Part shown: positions 26,870-37,446 of the stretch, one piece after another
How positions within the stretch are numbered: the first letter of the stretch is position 1
Layout of the letters: every line of letters starts with the position of its first letter
Source of the DNA: a virus
IMG/VR virus record: IMGVR_UViG_3300045988_156843
Length of the DNA: 64,000 nt
Strand: one strand, 5' to 3'
Position numbers and translations under genes: made by a program
Notes under the pieces: model-generated
The model's input: the letters and a program-made list of their open reading frames with translations, nothing else
Database searches by the model: none
Told to the model about the DNA's origin: nothing

Positions 26870-28819
26870 ATGGCATATACATATGACAGTGGAGTAGAAA
26901 GAGCAGTCTACTCCACAAAAAAAACAGGAAGAATATTGCCAAACGGGGCAGCAGAGATGACTGAGGATTTTGATTCCGGTTTTTCCGGTCATGGCTTTAA
27001 AATATGGAAGACAGACGATGGATTTTATAAGATTGAAGCTGATGAATTAATGATTAGAAAATCATTAACAGCATTTGAACTTATCATTTCTCAGATACGT
27101 GCCATTAGAGGAAGTTATGCGATTACTCAAGGAAATGCGAAAATTAAGCATGTTGATACTTATACAGAAGGAGGTAAAGGGTATTATCGTATTGAAATAG
27201 AAGATGAGGTAAATACTATATTTGAACATGATTTTATTCGCTGCCAAAAAGGGAATAAGGAATATCATGTAGAAGTATCTAGCGTACATCAAGGTTATAT
27301 TAATGTTCTTATGAGTGAATTTACTTCAGGATCAGATGGTGTTGTGGTAAATCCTCCGGAAGCAGGAGATGAAATTGTACAGTTTGGTAATTCTTCTAGA
27401 GATGCTGCATACGCTAACCGACATTCGGCTATTTATATGTCTGTAGACAATGGTGAGCCTAAAATTGATTTAATGACTAACATCTATACAAAAAATTGGG
27501 ATGATACATTAAAGGTACGTATAGGTGGAGATCTGCCCGGTACAGATGGAGAACGAGGATTCTTTGCTGTTAATGGAAAACTTATGGGTGTAGATGAAGC
27601 CGGAGAAACAGTATATCAGATTAATCCTGATGGTAGTGGTTTTTTTGCTAGAGGTAAATTTTCGTGGACAGCAGATGGTGCTCCTTCTTTCTCAGGCAGT
27701 ATATTCCTTCGAATAGATAATAATAATGTATGGAGAGTAACTGAAAACGGAGAGAATATCATTGGTAATGAAGATGGGCAAAGAATAGTTATAAGTCCAT
27801 CTGATGCATCAATGACTTTTTTTAATGCGGAAGGAAATGCTGTTGCTATATATGATGGTAAAACACAAGAAAATCCGGAAGATTTTTTTTCTTCTTCTAT
27901 TCCAACAATAACTATTACAACTCTACCATTCTCAGCAGAAAGTTCTTCTTCTATAAATTATGGAACAATAGTAATATCCAAACCATTTCAAACTACAGCA
28001 GCAATTAATATGACATGCAATTTTAATATCTCAGTTAGTCATATGTATGCTGATGAATATATATGGTTTAACCTTAATGTTAAAACATATTCAGATTCAA
28101 GTTTGAAAAATCTTATTAGTACAAAAAAAATATATGGAGAGACATATGGAAGTGGTAGTAATCCTTCTTATAATATTACTAGAGATGTAATATTGACAGA
28201 AATAGGATATAATGTTATCTCATTTGATCTTAGATTTATGGTAGGATATCAAAGTAGTGTGTCTTTCTCTATGAATAGTTTAACTCCTATAGTTACTGCA
28301 AATAAATACATTTCAAATTACTTTGCAAATGGATTGATTTTAGGTACTTCAGGGAATAATAAATTTGTTGTTTATAATGGAGAACAAGGCGGACTACCCA
28401 CAATACGTTTTAATGCAGAAAATTCGCTATTTGGATTAGGATTTAGCAGATATGGAATAATGACTAAAAGAAATGGCTTTTGGGGTATGATGCCAAGCAT
28501 TATAAGTTGTGGATTAATTCAGACTGAAGGAAGTTATTATCGTTTTGCTCATTTTTCATCTTATGATAATAATATACCTTCATTATCTAAATCATCTACA
28601 GGAATGGTAACATTAACAATTCCAAGCGATTGGGATCAAGATCAAGTAAATGATACTAGTTGTTATATATTAACGACACCGAGGATTAGGCCTTCATATA
28701 GACAAATTTATGTTTCAGCAAATTGGGATAACTCTACAAAGAAAATTTATTTTTATATAAAAGTTGACAATAGTACTTATTATGATGGAGATTTTTATTT
28801 TGAAATAAAACGTTATTAA
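26870..28819 (+). CDS. large virion-associated protein (tail/fibre module)
   Basis: 649 aa, last gene of the plus-strand late operon. No motif recognised. Confidence 0.55.
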   Translation: MAYTYDSGVERAVYSTKKTGRILPNGAAEMTEDFDSGFSGHGFKIWKTDDGFYKIEADELMIRKSLTAFELIISQIRAIRGSYAITQGNAKIKHVDTYTEGGKGYYRIEIEDEVNTIFEHDFIRCQKGNKEYHVEVSSVHQGYINVLMSEFTSGSDGVVVNPPEAGDEIVQFGNSSRDAAYANRHSAIYMSVDNGEPKIDLMTNIYTKNWDDTLKVRIGGDLPGTDGERGFFAVNGKLMGVDEAGETVYQINPDGSGFFARGKFSWTADGAPSFSGSIFLRIDNNNVWRVTENGENIIGNEDGQRIVISPSDASMTFFNAEGNAVAIYDGKTQENPEDFFSSSIPTITITTLPFSAESSSSINYGTIVISKPFQTTAAINMTCNFNISVSHMYADEYIWFNLNVKTYSDSSLKNLISTKKIYGETYGSGSNPSYNITRDVILTEIGYNVISFDLRFMVGYQSSVSFSMNSLTPIVTANKYISNYFANGLILGTSGNNKFVVYNGEQGGLPTIRFNAENSLFGLGFSRYGIMTKRNGFWGMMPSIISCGLIQTEGSYYRFAHFSSYDNNIPSLSKSSTGMVTLTIPSDWDQDQVNDTSCYILTTPRIRPSYRQIYVSANWDNSTKKIYFYIKVDNSTYYDGDFYFEIKRY

Positions 28820-28823
28820 CAGA

Positions 28824-28847
28824 AAAGGGAGCTTAATTGCTCCCTTT
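28824..28847. terminator. bidirectional terminator between convergent operons
   Basis: Perfect 9-bp stem aaagggagc/gctcccttt with loop ttaatt, flanked by an A-run and a T-run. Confidence 0.8.
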
Positions 28848-28852
28848 CTTAT

Positions 28853-29326
28853 TTAGTCCAATTTATTGATTCTTCCAATATATGGTTTTTCCGGTTTCGT
28901 CTTTTTGGGCACTACTTTATTTTTCTTCTTAGCCTCCCTCTCAGCGTCTAGTTCTGCTTTCAAAGCTAGAATCTCGGACTTTTTAAAACCGATCTTCTGA
29001 TTGCGGAACTTATGCTGTTTAATACCCTTTTTCTTCATGAGATTACTGAAGCCAACTCTATTAGAAGAATAATGAAGTATTCGCATGGCAGAATCGTAGT
29101 TAAGAAAATCATCTTCTCGTACATATTCGCTGTTTACTTTTTCAATACTATTAATTGCTTGTGCTAAATCGTTATCACTGCAATCCTCCGTAAATATGTC
29201 AAAGAGTCTAGAGAAAAGAGTTTCAAATAGAAACTTCTTAATACCGGATAGCTTTCCGATCTCATCTTTGACTAAATCATATGCCTCAGCCTTAATATTT
29301 GCAATCTTATTTGAACTTGTACTCAT
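28853..29326 (-). CDS. hypothetical protein, Lys-rich C-terminus
   Basis: Track ORF trimmed to the ATG at 29326 (MSTSSNK...). Confidence 0.5.
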   Translation of the reverse strand: MSTSSNKIANIKAEAYDLVKDEIGKLSGIKKFLFETLFSRLFDIFTEDCSDNDLAQAINSIEKVNSEYVREDDFLNYDSAMRILHYSSNRVGFSNLMKKKGIKQHKFRNQKIGFKKSEILALKAELDAEREAKKKNKVVPKKTKPEKPYIGRINKLD

Positions 29327-29693
29327 AATTCTTTTTCTCTTTTTTAAGTTTACGAACTTTTCTAAAATGAGCAATACCGAGTATTACTGTAATTATTATA
29401 GAAACTATCCATGTAGATGTTACTAACCAAAGATAAATTTCCGTATTAGGAATAATATCATATGCATTGTCAATGCAAGCTATAGAGTCAGTAAATACCA
29501 TATTAACTGGAATAGCTCTTGCAAACTTACAATGGAATTTCTTATCTTCCGATGCAAGTAGAAATAGACAATAATCCAATAAAATGACGTACCAGTCAGC
29601 GTTGATTAATACACCATTCCATGCATTTATATACACTACAATCATGTATATAGCAATAAAGAAAATCGTAAATCGAACTATAATTCTATTCAT
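29307..29693 (-). CDS. multi-pass membrane protein
   Basis: 128 aa with about 4 hydrophobic segments and a basic C-terminus. A holin-like role is speculative. Confidence 0.5.
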   Translation of the reverse strand: MNRIIVRFTIFFIAIYMIVVYINAWNGVLINADWYVILLDYCLFLLASEDKKFHCKFARAIPVNMVFTDSIACIDNAYDIIPNTEIYLWLVTSTWIVSIIITVILGIAHFRKVRKLKKEKKNYEYKFK

Positions 29694-29747
29694 TACTTCT
29701 TTTTATTTACTACTAGTACAACCTTTTCGGTTAATAATCCCGGAGCC

Positions 29748-30143
29748 TTACTTCTTAGCTTCGGTTTTATTGCAGCCGAAGATTTGTTTTTCTTGACTAC
29801 CTTCGTGGTTGTCTTTATCCGAACCGCTTTGGTCATTGTTATATTCCAAATTAATTAATAAATCTATAAAATGTTTTGCTTTCTTCAAGTCTTCAAGTCC
29901 ATTTTTATCTCTGAACCTCGTAATATACTTAACCACACTTCCTTGAAAAAAATCAAGTTTATTAGCATGAATGTACTCTATTGGTTGGATTGCATATTTT
30001 TTATAATGTGTGCCTCCTTCTTGGTAGTTTAAAGATTCTATATATTCAACATTTGCATTCGGATGATCAGGATATATCCATCCACCCGGAAATGGAGTTA
30101 CAGAGCTTTCACTCCATATTTTCTGTTCCTTCTTGTTTCCCAT
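29748..30143 (-). CDS. DUF3310-like phage protein
   Basis: HYKKYAIQPIEYI...GSVVKYITRFRDKNGLEDLKKAKHFIDLL fits the DUF3310 pattern as I recall it. Confidence 0.6.
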   Translation of the reverse strand: MGNKKEQKIWSESSVTPFPGGWIYPDHPNANVEYIESLNYQEGGTHYKKYAIQPIEYIHANKLDFFQGSVVKYITRFRDKNGLEDLKKAKHFIDLLINLEYNNDQSGSDKDNHEGSQEKQIFGCNKTEAKK

Positions 30144-30738
30144 TTTCTTCCTTTATAGCTTCTTTTTTGAAATCTTCAATAGCTGAAACAACATTGTTAA
30201 ATTCTGTATCTTCTTCAGGAGTTTCATCCTGTAATGGTGTTTCTAATTTTTCAATAAAAAAATCATTTTGTTTTTGAGCAATATAAGTAGCGATATCTAA
30301 CCAAAATTTGTCATCGCAAAAGCATATTAATGGAGTCATAATAATACTCATTGTTGCATTAAAAAAAACAGAAAAAGTATCCTTTTCTTCATCGGATAAT
30401 TCACTATTATTTTCATGAGTATTTATGATAAATTTCAGTTGCCCATATAATGTCTGTTGCATCGGATAAACTACCATTTCAAATCCGGCAACCTTTACAA
30501 CAATACAATTTTTCATTAAGATCAACTTAAAATGCCCAAAATCATACTCTTTTACTATATCATCTATTTGAAGATATACTAAAGTAGGCTTAATGTCTAA
30601 TTGACCTTTAATGGAAATTATATCATTAATTAATTTCTCTGCATGATGAGCATCATTACAAAGCACCTTTAACTTTTGAATTTTTGATTTAAAAGTCTTC
30701 TGCAGGTTTTCCCGATTTGTTGTCTCCTTCTGTTTCAT
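30109..30738 (-). CDS. hypothetical protein
   Basis: 209-aa co-oriented ORF. Confidence 0.5.
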   Translation of the reverse strand: MKQKETTNRENLQKTFKSKIQKLKVLCNDAHHAEKLINDIISIKGQLDIKPTLVYLQIDDIVKEYDFGHFKLILMKNCIVVKVAGFEMVVYPMQQTLYGQLKFIINTHENNSELSDEEKDTFSVFFNATMSIIMTPLICFCDDKFWLDIATYIAQKQNDFFIEKLETPLQDETPEEDTEFNNVVSAIEDFKKEAIKEENGKQEGTENME

Positions 30739-31297
30739 TTTCTATTTCTGATTTATTTTCTTCTACTACTCCTTCTTTTTCTTCTTCATCATTTTTTTCT
30801 TTAGAAGAAATAACTTCAGAGGTTTTAGATATTTCCGGTTCAAACTGACCTAGCTGATATGCATTCATTGTACGCCATGTATTCATACGGGTAATCTGTT
30901 CTTTAATACAGCATTTAAGGAAATATTTCTTGACTTCTTCTTTTTTCATGGCATTAACTTCTGCCTCATTCATATCCGGATTTCGGCTAAGAATAAAATC
31001 AATCATGTCCTTTTTATTCTTTACTTCCGGAATGTATTTTTCAGTAAGGTATACATATGGATATATTCCGAGTAATTCATGATATACTCCTACTCCTCCG
31101 ATTTCTTTTAAAACTCGGACTTCATCGTATGAAAACAAATCATGTTCAGCTATGGCATAGTCGATTTTTCCTGTTTTACGCAGTATCTTTACTATGGCTT
31201 TAACCCATGTTTTATCCGGATTATTAATTTCCGGTAATTGCGGCAATTTTGCCGTTGTCAACATCTCAAATAGAGATTCTTCTGTTACATTTCTCAT
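30689..31297 (-). CDS. hypothetical protein, acidic C-terminus
   Basis: 202-aa co-oriented ORF. Confidence 0.5.
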   Translation of the reverse strand: MRNVTEESLFEMLTTAKLPQLPEINNPDKTWVKAIVKILRKTGKIDYAIAEHDLFSYDEVRVLKEIGGVGVYHELLGIYPYVYLTEKYIPEVKNKKDMIDFILSRNPDMNEAEVNAMKKEEVKKYFLKCCIKEQITRMNTWRTMNAYQLGQFEPEISKTSEVISSKEKNDEEEKEGVVEENKSEIENETEGDNKSGKPAEDF

Positions 31298-31839
31298 TTT
31301 CCAAATAATTTATATCCAACTTGAAAATTATATAATGGCTTATTCTGATATATTCCGATGCCTGCTCCAAACGAAAGTGATTTTGGCGAATTAATGGTCA
31401 AGTTAATACTAGGTATCACTTTAGAATCATAGTTCGAAATTTGAGCGTTTAAATAGCCATTCCACGATTTTTTATAAATAGTTCTTATTTCGGTATTCGT
31501 TACCTTTTTTTCAATTGTCTTATTAAAGACGTTTATCTTTTCTAATGAAGGATTTACACCACGTATCCATGCCTCATATCGCCCTTCCTCTTTGTAATAT
31601 TTTTCTTCAATCGGCAGAGATACTTTATTGGAATCCTTAATATAAACATATAACGTATCAATTATTTTTTTATATTTATATTTAGGAGATTCAATTGTTA
31701 TTGTATCTGTTTTATAAATAGTAATGGTATCCGTTTTATAGATAGTTTTCATTGAGGGTTTCGACTGATCTAGAAAGAAGGTTACTATCCATGATAAAAC
31801 AAGGATACCAATTACTATATATGGCAAATATTTATTCAT
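31294..31839 (-). CDS. N-terminally anchored protein with tandem YKTDTIT duplication
   Basis: N-terminal transmembrane helix and a beta-rich C-terminus ending YKLFGK. Confidence 0.5.
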   Translation of the reverse strand: MNKYLPYIVIGILVLSWIVTFFLDQSKPSMKTIYKTDTITIYKTDTITIESPKYKYKKIIDTLYVYIKDSNKVSLPIEEKYYKEEGRYEAWIRGVNPSLEKINVFNKTIEKKVTNTEIRTIYKKSWNGYLNAQISNYDSKVIPSINLTINSPKSLSFGAGIGIYQNKPLYNFQVGYKLFGK

Positions 31840-32287
31840 CTAACATAGTATCAATGATATCAATCATATCAACATATATATTACATTCTCTCATACATTG
31901 ATCTATATCAGTTCGTGTACCATGAAATATTACTTGAATTAGATTATTAGTCTTTTCAACCAAAGTATGAGCAAATTTATTTTTTAATAGCTCAAGTTCT
32001 TGTCTATCTTTTGAGTTAGATTTACTTTTAGTATGTTTGAAATTATCAATATCTTCATCTATTGATCTTGAATCGTCTTTGGACATATCTGCTAATGGAG
32101 CTTTAAACTTTTCTGCATCATTATATTCGAACCATTTTTGAAAATCATCAAAAGTCTTTGGACTTTGAAAGATAATCTTACCCTCTTTTATCCCTTTATT
32201 ATATAAATAAAAAGGTATTTTTAACTTAGTTGCTTCATCATAAGCATTTGATAACAAATGCTCGTTAATCTGCTTTAATGTTTTCAT
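31832..32287 (-). CDS. hypothetical protein
   Basis: 151-aa co-oriented ORF. Confidence 0.5.
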   Translation of the reverse strand: MKTLKQINEHLLSNAYDEATKLKIPFYLYNKGIKEGKIIFQSPKTFDDFQKWFEYNDAEKFKAPLADMSKDDSRSIDEDIDNFKHTKSKSNSKDRQELELLKNKFAHTLVEKTNNLIQVIFHGTRTDIDQCMRECNIYVDMIDIIDTMLDE

Positions 32288-32289
32288 TT

Positions 32290-32724
32290 TTAAAGTGTAT
32301 TTCTTGTTTGACCATTAATATTTTTTAATTTAAATGTAGCAATAATATATTTAATATCACCATAAAGTTGATCCTCAGAAGGAGTAATCGCTTCAATGAG
32401 TATAAAGTTAACATATTTGTTACGCACATCATCATGATAAATGATTTCTCCGGAACTAATGTATTCTACGAAATTATCGTAAGTTGCTCTACGATTGTCT
32501 CCTTTGAAAACTAGTGTTAATTCAAGATCAGTATTTTCTCTAATTGGCTTGCTTGCTTGATAATAATTCAATTTATCTGTTTCAGCAAAACTTTCAGTAT
32601 ATACGGATTTTATTTTCCCGTAATCTGAAAGACCTTTAAATTGTTTATATAGAAGTCCGTTCCAATGATTTTCTATATTATATTCGGTATCCTCACCAAC
32701 TTTTTTCATATAAAAATTAGCCAT
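32290..32724 (-). CDS. hypothetical protein
   Basis: Track ORF trimmed to the ATG at 32724, an 8-nt overlap with the upstream stop. Confidence 0.5.
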   Translation of the reverse strand: MANFYMKKVGEDTEYNIENHWNGLLYKQFKGLSDYGKIKSVYTESFAETDKLNYYQASKPIRENTDLELTLVFKGDNRRATYDNFVEYISSGEIIYHDDVRNKYVNFILIEAITPSEDQLYGDIKYIIATFKLKNINGQTRNTL

Positions 32725-33244
32725 TTGACTCCTCCTTTCCCATATATCTTTCAATTATAACACTTGTATTGATTACATCACCAGTAATCAATGGATCTCC
32801 ACCATATAGATATAAATAACACCGGGAATTTTGTCCTAATTCAATATTAATTTGAGATTTCCCAACAATATAAATTTTACATATAAGATAATCTGCTATT
32901 TTAAGAGTTGTATTTGAATCTATAACACATAGCAAGGTAGTCGATACATCAAATGCATTTTCGTTAAATTCACAAACCATAGCACTAGAATATCCATTGC
33001 CCTTAGCATTCTTATATTCACAGATATATTTCCCATTTATAAATGGCTTAAATTTCTCTGATATGTATTGTGGAGAAAGTCCCCAACCCTCACTAATGGA
33101 CTGCGCCATATATGAAACGGCATTTGAGTCGCAAGCAAGTTCGAAAAGTTCTCGTTTGGTTTTATGTTCTGACCATTTATCAGTATAACCTTCACAAAGA
33201 CTTCTTTTTATTGAATTTTCTCTAAATTGTTTTAAATCAGTCAT
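32717..33244 (-). CDS. hypothetical protein
   Basis: 175-aa co-oriented ORF. Confidence 0.5.
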   Translation of the reverse strand: MTDLKQFRENSIKRSLCEGYTDKWSEHKTKRELFELACDSNAVSYMAQSISEGWGLSPQYISEKFKPFINGKYICEYKNAKGNGYSSAMVCEFNENAFDVSTTLLCVIDSNTTLKIADYLICKIYIVGKSQINIELGQNSRCYLYLYGGDPLITGDVINTSVIIERYMGKEESNG

Positions 33245-33281
33245 CTTGAAAATGATTAATGCACAAAAATAAATAAATTAA

Positions 33282-33752
33282 TCAACTAGACAAAATTTTG
33301 ATTGCCTTTATTACGTCACGTTTGGATATTCCACGTAAAGCATGAGTTTTTATGAAATGCTTCTTTTGAGAAAGCAACATATCTGAATCATCATCAAGGA
33401 TTACATAATTGGTCACATCTTCATGTTCTTTTAACCATTGATTGATTTCTAAACCACGACATGCAGCATAATGTGTTTCTCTTTCTCCATATTTGAAACC
33501 ATACATTCTTGAAGTAATGCCTACAATATATTCGGGATACGGGAAAGGATTATGTCCGTAAACTTTTTCTTGATTTGTGATTTTTTCTAATGTCTGCTCC
33601 AAAGTATATCTTCTCCAAGAAGAAGAAATCACAATTTTAGCTCCGGTTGCATCACAAATCTGTTTAACTAGTTCGACCTTTTCATTATCAATCGCCCAAT
33701 TACTTTTTAATGTGGTTATCACACCGTCAAAGTCGAGGAATATTATCTTCAT
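33282..33752 (-). CDS. HAD-superfamily phosphatase-like protein
   Basis: N-terminal IIFLDFDGVITT (DxDGV motif I) and late VILDDDSD (motif IV). Confidence 0.65.
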   Translation of the reverse strand: MKIIFLDFDGVITTLKSNWAIDNEKVELVKQICDATGAKIVISSSWRRYTLEQTLEKITNQEKVYGHNPFPYPEYIVGITSRMYGFKYGERETHYAACRGLEINQWLKEHEDVTNYVILDDDSDMLLSQKKHFIKTHALRGISKRDVIKAIKILSS

Positions 33753-33753
33753 A

Positions 33754-34146
33754 TCAAATTTTATTAATTTTTGCTTGGTTAATACAATCGGTAGCCCATC
33801 CTACAATATATGCACAAGTCTCATCTTCACCAATATTAAATCCCATAGACATTCCTAAATCTTTATGTATTGCAGTAGCTACATGTAATGCTTCATGCGC
33901 CATATCCTTAACAGTCATATACTCCTTTTTTCTAAAAACGACACAGATGCCATAATCACCATTGTCACAGGAAGAGCATCTAAAAGTTATAGCCTTGTTA
34001 TTATCAAAATCCTCTTGACTTATTTTACCATCATCACTTTCCCTATTCTCGAAATTTTCATTAATAAATAAAGCCGAATCTGTAATAACCACATATAACT
34101 TTCTTGGATATATATGATTTACAAAACAATGTATTTTATTTTTCAT
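33754..34146 (-). CDS. hypothetical protein with HExxH motif
   Basis: MAHEALHVATAI. The metallopeptidase-like motif is the only evidence. Confidence 0.45.
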   Translation of the reverse strand: MKNKIHCFVNHIYPRKLYVVITDSALFINENFENRESDDGKISQEDFDNNKAITFRCSSCDNGDYGICVVFRKKEYMTVKDMAHEALHVATAIHKDLGMSMGFNIGEDETCAYIVGWATDCINQAKINKI

Positions 34147-34402
34147 CTTCTAACAATTTAGAAATAAATATATCTTTTGCCTTAATCATAACATCAGTCG
34201 GTATATCAAATCTAGTCATTTCTGACATATAATCCCATGCATCTGCTACCTTTGCTATAAGATCATCTTCTACTATAGCTAATGCTCCATATGCTTTACC
34301 AATAGACACCGCTAAAGAAACATATCCCGTTGTATCCATTCTCTCATTTTTGTTCAAATCTAAAGTATTATCCTCGATATACTTTTTTGCTTTTTTATTC
34401 AT
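34136..34402 (-). CDS. hypothetical protein
   Basis: 88-aa co-oriented ORF. Confidence 0.5.
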   Translation of the reverse strand: MNKKAKKYIEDNTLDLNKNERMDTTGYVSLAVSIGKAYGALAIVEDDLIAKVADAWDYMSEMTRFDIPTDVMIKAKDIFISKLLEDEK

Positions 34403-34414
34403 AATGTTATTCTT

Positions 34415-36526
34415 TTAAAATGGTAATTCATCCGTTGGTTCCGAGAATGGTAAATTATCGCTTGAATATTCTCGTTGATAGCCATTATATATATGATCAT
34501 TATTTTCTTTGAAAATAGGAATAGCCGGAGAAGGATTTTCCCAACCATAATGGATATTCTCATTTTCTTCATTCATAAAACGTCTGCTAGGAATATCATA
34601 ATACATTCCACACATATAATCGACAATGCCATACATTCTGTTTTTAGCTACTTCTAATACATTGCCATAGTCCATCATTGCTGTTATCGCTTCTTTTCCA
34701 AAAAACTCTCCCCCTCTTTTTTCAAAATCCTTGTTAACACGATGAATGATAAATACATTAGATGCAGCATTAGTTAAATCAGCCGTACCGCTAATAGAAT
34801 CCTTTCTTAAGAAGTCTACCTGTTTTCGTGGATGACATACTAATATCAGATGTATATTGTTCTTCTTAGAAAATTCGCATATCTGCAAAATAAGCTCTTT
34901 CTGTTTGTTATTCTTATCTCCTTCAAACAGATCAATATCTAGAGTAAAAAGATTATCCAAAATAAGCAACTCTACACCATTGTCAACCATTTCCTTCATA
35001 TCATTAAATAGTTGCGCCCATTTGCTTCCATATTCATTGTTATAAAGGAAAAACTTATCATCAAGCCAATTATCTATCTTATCTATGACAGATGGATTTA
35101 TATAAAATTTCCCAATATTCTTTCTTGATTCTAATAAATTCTCCCTTCCGGCTGCAACCATTTCAAGCCATGTTTTTAATACTCCCGGTACAAGTTCTCC
35201 ACTCCATAATGCTGCTTTATGACCATTGTTCACAACATTCAATATCAATGTATTCAACCATGATGATTTACCACTTGAATTAGTACCTGAAAGCAGGGAA
35301 ACCTCACCTAAATTTAGTCCTACAATAGCCCTATCTAAAGAGTGAAACCCTGTTTTTAGACTGATGATATTATTCAAATCTATTTTAGGTATATCCTTCA
35401 TTCTAAACCATTTTTTACCTAATTCAGGAGTCTCTTCTTTTACCTTCTGTTCCTTTTTAGACGTATATTGATTTCTTTGATATGGGATAGCAGTATTATG
35501 TGCTTGCGATTTAATGTCGTAAGCATTAGGTTCAAATTTCAATCTTAAATCTCGCCATGTGTACTGACTACATGAATTATGAAAACATGTAAATCCTATA
35601 CCATCTTTAGATACAAAAATAGCTGAATCAGGAGCTTTGTGAGATGGATCAAATGGACATTCAGAAAGGACTATTTTTCTTGTTCCATCGCCCATTGTTA
35701 TATCCTTATGAACTTTTATACCATAATTGGATATAAAATTATCTATATCAAATTGCTCCCTATTCCCTAAATTATACCTATTTATAGGTTCAGTCTTAGG
35801 TAACATATCTGCCAAATTCTTAAATAATGATATATCATTAGACTGTATACATTCAGGTACAACAAGTATTTTGCTTAACCTATGCGGTCTTTTGGGTGTA
35901 TTTCCTCCTTTTCTTGAATATGTACCATACAATTTTGTAACTCTTGCTGGATTAAAGACTTTCAAGTCTACATCTACATATTCATCAGTGAATTTACTTC
36001 CCAAATATTTAAGGAAATTAGATAATATCAATGTGTTTTCAGGAGTATTTTCTAATTTATCAACTTTAAACATTAGATGATAACCATTTCCTGACATAGA
36101 CACTATAGGAGAAAAGAATCCTCTTTCTCTCAAAAATCTCCTAACAGACAAAGCCATCTGCCTTGCTCTTTCTAATTCTTCATCAGTCGTAGCTATTTCC
36201 TTTACACCTCCTTCTCGTACTGGATCTAAGTCTACTAATACCCAATTCCTATATTTGATATCATTATCTTTTATAGCTTCACAACCCTTAATCATTTTGT
36301 TATATTGAGGGTAGCCATCCATAGCATCTTTTAGTTGATTAAAGATAAAGTAAATATTGTATTTATCATCAAAACGCAATATATTTTCTATTGCCTTATC
36401 TGCATCTCTAAATATGCCGGAATAAATATCATATTTGTTGAGAGGATTGAATAATCTAATCTCAAATAAATCTGTATCAGAATCCCTAAATACAGAAAGA
36501 GTCCTTTTTATCTCATTAACGTCCAT
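34415..36526 (-). CDS. bifunctional AEP primase (prim-pol)-helicase
   Basis: N-terminal DLD...SGNGYHL AEP-like motifs, a central Cys/His cluster CPFDPSH...CFHNSC, and C-terminal Walker A GTNSSGKSS and Walker B LLILDNLF. Confidence 0.8.
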   Translation of the reverse strand: MDVNEIKRTLSVFRDSDTDLFEIRLFNPLNKYDIYSGIFRDADKAIENILRFDDKYNIYFIFNQLKDAMDGYPQYNKMIKGCEAIKDNDIKYRNWVLVDLDPVREGGVKEIATTDEELERARQMALSVRRFLRERGFFSPIVSMSGNGYHLMFKVDKLENTPENTLILSNFLKYLGSKFTDEYVDVDLKVFNPARVTKLYGTYSRKGGNTPKRPHRLSKILVVPECIQSNDISLFKNLADMLPKTEPINRYNLGNREQFDIDNFISNYGIKVHKDITMGDGTRKIVLSECPFDPSHKAPDSAIFVSKDGIGFTCFHNSCSQYTWRDLRLKFEPNAYDIKSQAHNTAIPYQRNQYTSKKEQKVKEETPELGKKWFRMKDIPKIDLNNIISLKTGFHSLDRAIVGLNLGEVSLLSGTNSSGKSSWLNTLILNVVNNGHKAALWSGELVPGVLKTWLEMVAAGRENLLESRKNIGKFYINPSVIDKIDNWLDDKFFLYNNEYGSKWAQLFNDMKEMVDNGVELLILDNLFTLDIDLFEGDKNNKQKELILQICEFSKKNNIHLILVCHPRKQVDFLRKDSISGTADLTNAASNVFIIHRVNKDFEKRGGEFFGKEAITAMMDYGNVLEVAKNRMYGIVDYMCGMYYDIPSRRFMNEENENIHYGWENPSPAIPIFKENNDHIYNGYQREYSSDNLPFSEPTDELPF

Positions 36527-37446
36527 TAATCATGATCCCATTTTTGTTGTTCCTTATTCCATACATATTTCCGTCCCTGACAAAATACTGTTGCATTATC
36601 CGGTCGAGTATCTTTTGTATATCCATCACAAAGATTATCAAAAGCCCACGGATAAAAGCATATATATCTTTGTGATGGCTCATTCCATCGAACATCTGAG
36701 CCATTGGTGTTAGGATGATATTCATTTTCATCATAGTCAGGTTCATCAGTAAATAATTCCCATGAGCGATTATTTATATATGTTTGAAGATTCTTAGGAT
36801 TAGGATAAAAAGAATCAGCATCCTTTGCTTCTTTCCTTTTTCTATTTTCAGCATCTATTGCTTTGTTTAGTATTGGAATAACATCATGCCAATCCTTATG
36901 CTTCTTTACTAATAAATCCAATTCTGTTTTCAGACCTCTTTTAGCACCGGGATATTTTTTTCGAAATTCTTCAAATACTGATTTCTCTTCTTCTGTCGGA
37001 TAAAAAAGCACTTTCTTAGATACGTTAGTATCTTCTTTTATTCCTTCTTTATTTAATTCATGTAAGTTATTAATTATATCTTTATTTAATTGTGGTTGAT
37101 TTTCCGTATGCGGATTTTCCGTATGCGGATTTTCCGTATGCGGATTTTCCGTATGCGGCTCCTCATAAAACATATAATCATTACCCATAAATTTCCCCTT
37201 TTCAGTACGACATGCTTTTATTGAACAATATCCATTTTCCTTTAATTCAGAAATAATACTATAAATTGAACTTTTCCCTTCCTTCAATATAGCGCATATA
37301 CCATTAATAGAGAAATCCCATTCTTCAGGCAATCCCATAACAACTGCTAAAAAACCTTTAGATTTTAGAGATAGTTTTTTATCTCTAAGAAAAACATTGG
37401 AGATAGTTGTATAATTACTATCTTTTTTTCTAAAAATAATATTCAT
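36526..37446 (-). CDS. putative replication initiator/replisome organiser (winged-helix N-terminus)
   Basis: N-terminal ISNVFLRDKKLSLKSKGFLAVV...IISELKENGY resembles DnaD/Rep wHTH domains. It contains PHTEN x4 and sits next to the primase-helicase. Confidence 0.5.
   Translation of the reverse strand: MNIIFRKKDSNYTTISNVFLRDKKLSLKSKGFLAVVMGLPEEWDFSINGICAILKEGKSSIYSIISELKENGYCSIKACRTEKGKFMGNDYMFYEEPHTENPHTENPHTENPHTENQPQLNKDIINNLHELNKEGIKEDTNVSKKVLFYPTEEEKSVFEEFRKKYPGAKRGLKTELDLLVKKHKDWHDVIPILNKAIDAENRKRKEAKDADSFYPNPKNLQTYINNRSWELFTDEPDYDENEYHPNTNGSDVRWNEPSQRYICFYPWAFDNLCDGYTKDTRPDNATVFCQGRKYVWNKEQQKWDHD
37098..37157. repeat. four perfect 15-bp direct repeats (gattttccgtatgcg) inside the initiator gene
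   Basis: Read directly from the sequence as units 37098-37112, 37113-37127, 37128-37142 and 37143-37157. Confidence 0.9.

Noticed and set aside
37098-37157. Possible CRISPR-like array (also considered for 57451-57640).
   Set aside because: The repeats are directly adjacent with no spacers, are 15 nt or 6 nt long, and lie in frame within coding sequences. They are tandem repeats, not CRISPR.
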